DNA of 64,000 nucleotides from Marsupella aquatica (taxonomy: Eukaryota > Plantae > Marchantiophyta). A program made the translations under genes and the position numbers. Each line of letters starts with the position of its first letter. Within the stretch, counting starts at the first letter, position 1. Shown one piece after another: positions 23,841-34,814 of the stretch. Location: the NCBI GenBank assembly GCA_973895155.1, contig OZ316894.1:26397240-26461239 (forward strand). The letters are read 5' to 3'. Below the pieces are notes generated by a model that was not told where the DNA came from, did not search any database, and saw only the letters and a list, made by a program, of their open reading frames with translations.

Positions 23841-25914
23841 AGAAAAGTAAAAACATTGGAAATGCAAAGAGCAAGACAGTTAAAACTGTCACTATGTAAC
23901 CATTTTAGTTACATTTCCAATTTTAAAACTTAAATTCAAAGGTTTATAAAAAGCATTTTTCATATAATAAATAATGACTAATAACTAACTTGATAACTTC
24001 CTTGTTTAACCGCAACTCCCGGTATGTAAGGACCTATTGTATTGTACGACCATTAATGCTGGGAAGAGCACATAGAAACGTAAGATCTGGGAGCAGGAAT
24101 GGTTGGAATCTTGAAAGTTCATCGAATTTTATACTCAAAACTATTTACTCATTCTCAAAACAAAAAATATCCAGTCGTAGATCTCACTGAGATCTTTCTT
24201 TTGCACCCTAGATTGCCTTCTAACATGGATGAATAAGATTTCTAGAGGCATTACAAAATGGACGGCAAAGATCGTAAAATCAACAAAATCAACGGCTAAG
24301 AAGGCTTGGATTTGTTTAATTTTTCATTTGAAAAATATTAACCCATTTGCAAAACGGATAGAACCCATCCATAGATCTATTTGAGATCTTTCTTTTGAGC
24401 CATAGATTGGCCATTATGATGGACGGACGAGATTTCCGGAGATAAGAAATGGAGACGGCTCAGATCGACTCTTCCCCCTGATTTTATTAGCCAAGGGGTC
24501 CACCAACTAATTGTATTAAACTGCCAGCCCCAACCAAGACCCAGTGGAGGGTTACCAAAATAAGTCAATATTCTTCTAAAAAGAAAATGAAAATGTGCAC
24601 TATTTTCTCCTCCCATAACTTGATATATAAATTTGATCAAGGCAAAGAATTTAAGGAAAATTATTCTTCTCAAGTTTGGAGTGAAAATGCAGTGAGTTTT
24701 CACCCCTCTCTACTAGGGGATCTCAAACATCACTCCAGGCAAGTTTTGCGAGCGTCCAACTTAGGATTGGGCGGACATGGCCCAAAATTGTGCGGGACAC
24801 TCTCAGGCTAGCCCGCACACTCCTCCCACAGGGTTTCTCCATTCCCATGACAGACCTGGTTGAACGTCACCACTTGCCAAGTTTGAACTCACCAGCCACT
24901 GCAGTCACCACTTGCCAAGTTTGAACTCACCAACAATGGCAGCCTTTACTCACTCTTCTCTGGTTGCTGAGGGCGTTCTCATGCTAAACAAACATTATCA
25001 CCACTAGTTCCTCCACCTGGAAGCCACACATAGTGGCGAAAAAAACTTGAGGGGCAAAAATTCCCAGCCCTCCACACAGGCAATGGTAACCTCCAGGGAA
25101 CACCTATGAATTGAGGCGCCAAGTGTGAGACCCCCATACTACAAAACGTATTTCTGAAGAGTTTTCAATCTTTCTTCAAAACCAAGTACTGTACCAACCA
25201 CCAAATATGCAACACTCGGAATTTACGGAAAGGTCACTGGTAGAGGAAAAGTTCCGGACGTTGGGGGAGCACGACCACTACGACAGCACTTCGTTGTTGG
25301 AGGTGGAGCGCGTGTCTGATCGACCGTGATTCACTGTCATTTGGCTGCTTTCTCTCCAGTCCGTTCGTATACCTGCGTTGGGTTCCGTTTCGGTGCTCGC
25401 CTGGTGAATCGACGCGCAAACAGCAGCAGCAGCAGCACAGCAGCAGCGGGGCCGAGAGGCGGAACGTGGAGGTCCGGATGGCCGACTTGCGCGTTGCTTT
25501 TGCGACATTCGTGGTGGAATTTTGACATCCGGCGGTGGTGCTCCAAGTTTGTTCTGGGACGATTTCGCGGAGGGGTGTCATGGTTTTTTTCGACAAGTTT
25601 ACTTGCGAGTGGCTTGTGTGGCAGAGTTCTGGTGCTGCTGAGGATTCTTTCGGGCTCGCTGGTGGAAAAGTGGTGATTTAGGTTTATGCAACATTAGGTC
25701 GTCGTTGGGACGGCGGCACGGGCAAGAAGCGGTGGTGAACGAGGAGGACGGTGGTGTGGTGTTCTAGAGATTTTCATTATTTTGATGGCGAGAGACGGCG
25801 GCTCTGAGATAGGATTGTCTGTTTTTCCAGCCTCTTCTTCGAGGAGGGGCGTTGGAGGTACTGGAGAAAGGTACTGGCGGCGCTAGCTGGAGAGCGGGAG
25901 ACGACGCCGCAGAA

Positions 25915-28900
25915 ATGGCAGTGACGGGAAGCGAGAGCGCGAGTGGTAATGGGAACGGGAAGCTGGAGGAGCCCGATCATTCGAGTTCCAACTGGTACTT
26001 TTCGAGAGAGGAGGTCGAAAAGTGCTCCCCGTCGCGGCTAGACGGCATCGACTTGAAGAAGGAGACCTACTTTCGGAAGTCGTATTGCACATTCCTGCAG
26101 GATCTTGGCATGTGCCTTAAAGTGTGAGTGCGCGAATCTGTATCAGTCGCTACTGAGGTTTTTGTGAATGTGCCGTTATGCGTCAGGGTTGATGAGTTGT
26201 AGATGCGTTTGCTTCGTCAGGTTATCGCGCTTTGGTAATTTTGAATCCGCTATGGGACATGGAAACGTCCTGACAATATTACGTTCGTTTCTTCCGGTCC
26301 CACAGTCCCCAGGTCACCATAGCAACGGCCATTGTTTTTTCGCACCGTTTCTATCTCCGACAATCGCATCTGAAGAACGACAGATATGTAAGTATTTCCC
26401 CCGCTTTTTGGCCGCTTGGAAGTGTTGGTGGTAGTGGTTACTCCTATACGAGCGAATATGACCACGTTTTACATGCCGAAGAGTGTTTAAACTTTTGTCT
26501 TTTTGTTGGGAATTGCTCATCCGTCATCGAGAGCAATTTGTAGCTCACTTCGTTGTGGTGATTGTGCCCTGGCACGGTTTGTTGCTTCCATATTAATAGA
26601 CGTCTATATATGTTTCGCGGTCTTTCACCCTGATGAAAACACTCCTCCGCGTAATTCATAGTGTCCATGAACGCTAGCACAGCTTGGTGGTTGACCCTAG
26701 GCTCTGCTTTCCTTTGTTATCGGTAAAATTGCCTGAGAATAATTTTAGGTTTTGACAATGTTGGTTAGTGACATCGAATGAGCGATGAAAGTCTTGTGTT
26801 GACGAGACTGCTCTCATAGGAATATCGATGAACAAAATTCGTGTCGAAGAAGTTAGGGTTTCCATTCGGCTAATCGCATCTGTTTTAATTTTTTGATTCG
26901 AAAGGCTGTTTCCTTGGCCTTCATCCGGTCCAGGGAACTCATTGCGTAGCTTACATAGACCCCATTATCGGGTGGGTGGTGGGCAGGGTTTAAGCACGTG
27001 GGCTGAAGCCCTCATCATTTTTTATCTCTTTGGTCTCCAAGTATTCGACATGAGGTTTGATGCATACTCTAACCGGGAAGTAAACTAAATGGACGTTTCT
27101 GTTGGTTTTTTGCAGATTATCGGAACCATTTGCATGTTTTTGGCGGGTAAGGTTGAGGAGACTCCAAGGCCTCTTCGTGATGTTATCCTTATGTCTTATG
27201 AAATACGACATAAGAAAGACCCAACCGCAGTAGCAAGAATCAAGCAAAAGGTTTGCCTTGCACCGACTTTCACTGATCATGCGGAGTTGTTATCCTGTCT
27301 TTTGGTAGCACTTTGAGGATAGTATCGTTTGGGAGAGAGTCTGTGCAGAGATCGTGAATTGCATGTAGAAGTATTTTTTTGGAGTATTCGGTTGACTCCA
27401 TCGGCTGGGAAGAGGATTCCTTCTCGAATTGCGGGATTTTGTTATGAGTAACTGTTTAACATCCTGAAGATGCGGACCTATTGGTCTTAACCATTAGCTG
27501 TCGTAGAAAATACAACTGCCCGATATTTCCTTGCAATGTGGTGTACGTCCTTGTCTCGTCGCAGTGTCAGTTTTTTCTGTGGGTTACAAGAGCAAGAGTG
27601 AGAACAACGTGGCCAATGAAGAAAGCAGTAATATTTGAGCTAAACACTGATTACCTTTGAGCTTCAAAAAATACTTGTTGGGGTCGAGGTTATTTCTGGT
27701 GCCAATCGTTTCTATTTTCTCTGCAGGAAACCTACGAAGAACAGAAGGAGCTGGTACTGGTGGGAGAGCGTCTCGTTCTGACTACATTGGGGTTCGATCT
27801 GAATATACCTCATCCCTACAAGCCACTGGTCGCAGCGATTAAAAAGTTGAAGGTTGCGCAAAATGCGCTCGCACAAGTGGCGTGGAACTTTGTTAACGAC
27901 GGGTAAGTCAACCACATTCTGCATTTACAGCAGTTCCCTATTTGATCCTTAAGGTACCCAAGCGGAAGTTTACTTGGAGATTGGAGTCCTTGCGTGAGGA
28001 ATCTCTCTCCTTGAGTCGTTCTCTGTGAATTTTGGATCCACGAGAATGAAGCAATGAAAGGGATTTGCAGGCTGCGCACATCGCTCTGCCTGCAGTTTAA
28101 ACCTCATCACATTGCTGCTGGGGCCATTTTCCTTGCGGCTAAGTTTCTCAAGGTCAAGCTGCCCCAAGATGGGGAGAAAGTCTGGTGGCAAGAATTTGAA
28201 GTTACTCCACGACAGTTAGAAGGTATACGTCTTGACCTGTGAACAGGTTGTACTGACTCCCAAGTATGGTCACGGTCATGAAAACTTGCTAGACCCTTTA
28301 CATATTCGCCTTAATAAAAGCTACGAGAAATGAATCCCTTTTGAGTTCAGGTGTCGTGCTGGAACGATTTCAGCATGGATTGTTCTCAGGGCGGACAGTT
28401 TGAGAATTGGTGATTTGTTGAAATTTGTTTGGCTTTACACATGCACTTTCCTTACCCCTGTTGTGAATGATCTGTTCGCTTTCCTGTTGTCTATCACTTG
28501 AATTGTTTGACTGTGCGCACAAGGTCTTGAGACTGGCGTATATGCCGAGATAGTTTCGATTCGATGCTGGAGAGGGGGATTCTAGCCTCAAACTGCTGTT
28601 AAACATGCTTGACTCTTACGCAGCGTGAAGCTGAAGACCGGGGGTTATTTATGCCATGGATGATGCTCTTTACGGAGCGAAATCTCATTTCTCCGAACAT
28701 TTATTGCAGGAAAATTAGAGGCCTCCTGATTTTGGAACTAACCCGCATAGAAGGATCAATACCAGGAAAACAATCTCCAAGGTTACGTAATAAGTATGTG
28801 AATATAGTTATATTCTGTGAAGGTCACTATCATCTAGTCCCAAGGCTTCTTTTAACTTAGGCATGGCATTCCAAACATGCCACATTGGGACATTATCCTG

Positions 28901-30421
28901 CACATTTTGGCTCCAAGCTATAGTAACTAATGCCATATGTTGGTGACTGCAGAAGTGAGTAATCAAATGCTTGAGCTGTACGAGCAGAACAAGACGCTTG
29001 GCCCTACTCCCGTTCCCAATGCTTCTCGGTCGAGTGATCCTGGTTCAAGTACTGTTACGGTTAACCGTGTGAAGGGGTCGGATTCTGTGCCTTTCGCCAA
29101 TGGGCACCATTGGGCCCACAATTCATCAAATGCATCTGGTATGGACAAATCTGACAACCTTGCACAAGCCGTAAAAACTGATGATGTTATCACTTTTAGG
29201 AGGGACGAAGTTCACGAAGATTCGCCTAGCAATGTTGCGCCCTCCGCAAAGATAAAGGAAACGGGTCGTACTGGGACGCAAGCTGAGGCTATCCATGGTA
29301 ACAGATCGAAATCTTCCGCCCAAGACGTTTCCATCGAGGATTCACGGACACTGAAGCTAGTTTCATATGCACACGTGAAGCAAGTGGTCAAGGAGGAAGT
29401 GACGGAGCAGGTCAATTTTGAGGCTGGTCAGATGCAAGAGCAAGTTCGGGAAAATCAGCTCTCCATTGATTTTAGGGTGAAGTCCGAGGCAGGGACTATT
29501 TTGCGGAAAACCAAAGTCAAGACTGAGATAGAGGACCGGAAGATTAACGATGTCGATGGTGGCTTTGCAAGAGAGGTGACGGAGGCGAAGTCCTCACTTG
29601 AAGACATGGATGTCGAGGATGTAGTCGACAGTAAACCAGGTGTGGATGTGAACATGGAATTGGGGAAAGTTAAGGTTGAGAACGAGCACGAGGAGCCGAA
29701 GAAGTTGCCGATCCCTAATATTGATGATATAAGTAAAGACAGGGTGAAGTGTTGGGTAGAGAAGAGACAGAAGTCTAAAGGAGAGGGTTTGGAATCTAAG
29801 CCAATCGCCGCGAAGATTGAGCTCACCGATGAGGAAGAGCTTTTGGAGCGAGACCTAGAAAGTGGTGCGGAACCTGCTGCAGAGGCCGAGACGGTAAAGC
29901 AAGAGCGAAGAGACTTTAAATCAAAGTCTGGTCAAAGAGTCGAACATGCCTGGATGAGTAGCAAGAAAGAAGGCTCAGAGGATGTCGAAGCTGTTTCGAA
30001 AAGGAGGAGATTCAGTGAAGAAGACGGCGCCAACGACAGGAAGTGGACGAAGTCTTCTGAACGAGCTGATAGAGAAGGGCAAGACGGGGAAGCGGATTGG
30101 AGCAGGGTAGGACCTTCTGATCGCACCGAGGTTGGGGAACTTCCAAGTTCGAGCCATGCTCATGATCAGGCACGGTCGCCCCGTCAGGCTGAGAGGAGAC
30201 CTTTGGCTCCTGACCCTTATGAAAGAGGCGGCAGCCCTGCTTCTCTGAAGAGACACCGCGATGTGCATGGGCGAAGGGATGGCTACAGGGACGGTCGTGT
30301 TGGATATGGTTCAAGAGAAAGAGACTACAATCGAAGAGACAATCATCACAGAACGGATGGAGACAGACCGCCACCATCACAAAGAACGGGACTATCAAGA
30401 CCGAGATCACAAAAGAGGTAG
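25915..30421 (+). CDS. CYCT1: Cyclin T1 family (P-TEFb regulatory subunit), 6 exons, ~740 aa as assembled
   Basis: Exons 25915-26123, 26306-26387, 27116-27250, 27727-27902, 28071-28222 and 28953-30421; all introns are GT-AG and in frame. Cyclin T motifs: [105 protein letters not shown]. The extreme C-terminus may be frameshifted (see findings). Confidence 0.95.
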
Positions 30422-32333
30422 TGTACATGAGCTGCATTGTAGCTTAATCTCTGGTGACAGAACTTTCAGTGAGAACAAGCACGATGTCCTTCCAAATTGT
30501 GACCGAGCCAAACAGCTAACTCCGGAAGGTGACGTAAACGAGTGTTTTTACCAAAAGATGGATGATGTATGTCCTCCTTTGTGATGTTTTTCTGTAGTCA
30601 GTGATTTTTAGACACTGGCAGATACCTCGTCCTGGACCTTTCCTTCCTTACGGAAGTCGATAAACCTCTTCATCATTGTGGCTTTCATCAAGGATGCATT
30701 AAAGGTGATTTTTGGGCCTTCAGAAACATAGGTACATTTCGTATTGTCCGTTTTGGTCCATGTTGGCTGCGTTATGTATTACTGGAAGCCAGGTACGTGA
30801 GTTGGATTCTTTAGACTATTCATGATCATTGTTCACTACTCTCCTCAAATAGACAGCACAACCTCTCTGCTTAGATAAAATCTTTTTGGGTTTGGGTTTT
30901 GTCTGAATATAAGAAACACCCTGGTGTTGTGGGCTGTGCTGCCCAAAAGCAAGGGGGCTTATGCCCGGATTTAGAGGGTCTTTATTGGCTACAACTCTCG
31001 ACGACTATTCATACACGTAAGTATTTGAGTGAATTTTTACCCTCGCCATGCCTCAAAATAGTGTTATGGCTCTTTTCGTGAAGAAAGCCGTGATAGGTGC
31101 TTTGCGAACCAATAACTATCATCATTCCATGCAACAGAAGACGTTTTCCTGAAATTTGTGGCTGTGTAAACTTTATTGGCTTAGTGTGTTTATGGAAGAT
31201 CTAGTCAAACAATAGTTCAGTCTGTACACCAGGACAAATACTGGATGACGGAAGGTCAGATACCAGTTTGTCAACGACGAGGAACAAACATTGAATGTCG
31301 CAAGGATAAATACCCGATGGACCAGGGTGCCATAGAGTAGGAAGGCAGGATGTTGGAAGTAAAGACCAACAAACCGCCACACAACTTATATGGTAAGGCA
31401 GACTGATTCCATGGCAATTGTGTCAAACAGAAACATTTTCATTGTCAGATGAGACTCCCGGTTTCGGCCGGCACTGCTGGGTCTAATATTTAAGATTCTG
31501 TTGGTTTATACTCTTGACTGAAGATGCTGCCTTGTTCCAAGGAATTTTCTTATATGTGTTAACCTCATCCTATGCTCCAACACAATGGAGAGTTAAAAAC
31601 ACACTTAGCATCCAATCCTGTGGATGGTTTAGCTTGGATCAAGAGAAACGAAGCTAAGCTCGAGAGGAAGCTGTGAAGCTTCAAAATGAGGTACTTGCTT
31701 TCGAATTGATAGGAGATCAATTTGAGAACGAAAAATTGAGAGTTAGGTTACTGGGAGACTTGTAGTGGTGAAGACACCCTCAAGATAGTATGGGAGGGAT
31801 GGTTTTGGAATGGATCTTGTGTCCTTCAGGTATGTACTGTCATAAGAAATAAAAACTCGTCTCGCCGCCTATCTACAAAGCAGACGTAACAGTTGTGAAG
31901 GCAGAAGCAGTTGACTGGGGACTGTGATTGTTATCGACATTTACTCTGTCCACCACCTTGACATTGACATTATTGATGGTCATGCAAGGCCAATGACAGC
32001 AAGTGAAGACATGGAAAGTGATGTGCCCGAATTAGAACCCATCCCAGTCCAAGCACAGCAAGGAGAGGCAAAATGTAAGGAGTGTCAAAAATAGTTTCTA
32101 TGAAAGAATACTAGCAATAATTGATGGGAGAAATGAAATCCATAGTTGGTCTTATTTTTAACTTCCATTACAAGGGATCAACTGGAAGATAAAGCCATAT
32201 TAGACATAAAGAACAAGGGGGGGCGCTGCTTTTGAAAAGACATTAAGGACATTTCACTTTTGAGAAGGGCACCCGGAGCAATTTTCCACTCACCCAATCA
32301 ATTGCAGGTTTTGGGCAACCTTGTGCATCTGGT

Positions 32334-32492
32334 GAGAGATTTGCTTGGTGGGACCCCAAGTGGAAATGTTTTACTTGATAGGACCCTTGAAAGTTTGGGT
32401 CCGTCTATTCAAGGTAAATCAAGGGTCTGGATCACTCAGGGGTCCTATCAAGTAAAACATTTCCATTTGGGGTTCCACCAAGCAAATCCCTC
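32334..32492. mobile_element. 159-bp Mutator-like MITE (near-perfect foldback) with 9-bp TSD
   Basis: ~57-bp TIRs (GAGAGATTTGCTTGGTGGGACCCCAAGTGGAAATGTTTTACTTGATAGGACCCTTGA and its inverse) with 4 transition mismatches, flanked on both sides by GCATCTGGT. Confidence 0.9.
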
Positions 32493-32653
32493 GCATCTGG
32501 TTTTTGGCAAACTTGTGTTATTTGGAAAACTTTTGGATCTCTGGTTAAAGTCTTGTTGATCGATTCCAATCCCCACAAATGTCAGCCGTAGAAAGTAAGA
32601 GCCACCAACAGACATCAGCGGTCAACAAATCAAATTCAGCTATGGAGGAAGAA

Positions 32654-32815
32654 AATTTTAATAAACATTGCTGTACCGCACTGAGTCTGAGGTCCATCAA
32701 AACAAGGAATTTAATAAACATTGCTGTACCACACTGAGTCTGAGGTCCATCAAAACAAGTAATTTTTAATAAACTTTGTTATAATACACAATCTCTGAGT
32801 CCAAGGTCCATACAA
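32654..32815. repeat. Tandem array, 3 x ~53 bp
   Basis: AATTT(TT)AATAAACATTGCTGTACC.CACTGAGTCTGAGGTCCATCAAAACAAG repeated; the third copy is diverged. Confidence 0.85.
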
Positions 32816-33627
32816 GCACATGGGTAGTGCCAACAGCTCCACCTCTGAACAATAAAATTCCCACTTCCTCCAAGCACAACAATAGTTAACCCAAGCCTCA
32901 TACATAGACTTAGAAGTCCCCCAAAAACCTGAAGCAGCTTATTTGAGTGTAATGCCTAACAAAGTACCTTTGTGTGCTAATCTTGGACACCAGCCCAATC
33001 TGGGGTGTTTAGCTTGGTGTATATTTTGGGATGCCACAGTTGATCTTGGCATAGTTTCAATACCATTGTAATACAAACAATTCTTGAAATATTTTTAATG
33101 ATCTATTCATCATTATTGAGTATTTGAGTTTACAATACCTTATGTTATCTTCCACAATTCATACAAAATTGCTCCAAAACAGTATAAATTTATTTATTCT
33201 GGTAGTAGTTGCAAGTGAGACTGCTATATAGTGAATCCAACTTTCATGCTTTGTCTTATTCAAATTTTGTGTCCAGTTTTCTATTTTAATGTGCCTTAAC
33301 AAGGTGAACCATTTGTATTAAATTAGATTTTGAATTAGCTTTTGAATTAGCTTTTGAATTTATAGTGGCTCCCCTCATGAATGTTTAATCTTTCTTTTTC
33401 AATCACTCCTTAGTGAATTCTATCTCTTCTCATGAGAGTGAGAGAAATAGTTCTAAACAATGTGCACATCTGGTGTATTAAGTTCCCCTAGTGGTTTGCT
33501 TTACAAAATTAATGGGTTTAATTGATTTGACTGTCATTGTCTAGAAGCAAGTGAAAATATGTGCCTTATATGCACAACTCTTTAGTATCTTTGTACTTTC
33601 CTGGTCATCAAGTGCTTTTCTTTGCAG

Positions 33628-33914
33628 ATGTACTTATGGTTTTCTGTATAATCTCAATTATTTTATTGGCATGCACTTTACATCTACTCTGTTCTTTTAT
33701 CATGAATAAATTAGACGAATTACAAGACAAAAAAAGAGGCATGTTCCAGAATGAACATGCTATATCACCCGAGAGCCCAATCAGCAAAGTCCAAAGCGGA
33801 AATTGGGGCCTGCTTTCAAGCACCAGAGAGTATACGAGTGCTCATTCAAGTCGGAATTCAAGTCCTGAAGAGAATAAACTCGAGTGCTCATTCAAGTCTA
33901 AATCATTCTCCTAA
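33628..33914 (+). other. Possible orphan terminal exon or small membrane-protein fragment
   Basis: Good acceptor TTTTCTTTGCAG at 33627, then an open frame encoding a hydrophobic helix (VLMVFCIISIILLACTLHLLCSFI) and a Ser-rich tail. No upstream exons identified. Confidence 0.25.
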
Positions 33915-34279
33915 TGATCATGGCAAAGTCAATACCTATTAGGGTTTACCATTTATGTGTTTTGCTACCATTGCCTCCAATATCCTATTCATCAAGCACA
34001 CATACTCTAACTCACACCTACAATTTCAAAACTCAGCCGTAAATTTCCAAAACACAGCCCCATTTGCCAAATGCAAGATTCCAAAACACAGCCCCAAGTT
34101 GCTAAATTGCAAGATTCCAAAACACTTCCTCAAAATTTCCATAATCCTCATTCAAAATTTCAAACTGTGGAGATTTTCCAAATTTGACATAACCCCTCAG
34201 ATCATGGAAAATTTCATATTTGAAATAGGTAGCAAGCAAGTCAGATATCTTGCAACTAAAAATTGAAATCTTGTCTTGG

Positions 34280-34600
34280 TAATTCCAAGCGGTTGATGAT
34301 AAGTGCACAAACCACTGTCTTAACTTAGCCACAAATACCCAACAGCTCAGTCCAACCCTTAGCTATCTAGAGAGATTTTCTATAATTTATGGGCATATAA
34401 CTTGCCTGCTATGAAGCCGCTGATTTCTTTGAAACTTACCTGTCCAGTGAAATACACACACATCTTCATTCCCTCATTTGAGAGTATTGTTTCACTATGG
34501 GGCCAACCAAAAACATCTGAAGAATCCTGAACATCCAAGAGCTATCCTTCTTACTCAATCTTTCTGATCTCAGTTTTGAAAAGCATCCTCAGGATGGCAA
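34280..34600 (-). pseudogene. Relic of a receptor-kinase C-lobe (subdomains X-XI) downstream of the lectin/extensin ORF
   Basis: Minus-strand ENLSR*LRVGLSCWVFVAKLRQ (from 34380) resembles the RLK subdomain XI pattern L.(V/L)GL.C......RP. The segment EIRKIE*EG*LLDVQD (~34580-34535) resembles the G.L.D..D motif. Confidence 0.4.
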
Positions 34601-34814
34601 AGTTTACTGCTTAACTTGGGGGTGCCACACCTGACAAACATTTGAAATCCTGGTAACTATGCCTACTGGACAATTCAACTTTCCAGAGCCTTTTAGAGCA
34701 TGGCCTTGCAATGGCACACGGTAACACAGTTTATTACAGCAATGGGATACAGTAGCAAACATACGTGCACACTTTATTAAAGGAATTATCATACCAACAT
34801 CGAACTGCATGTGA

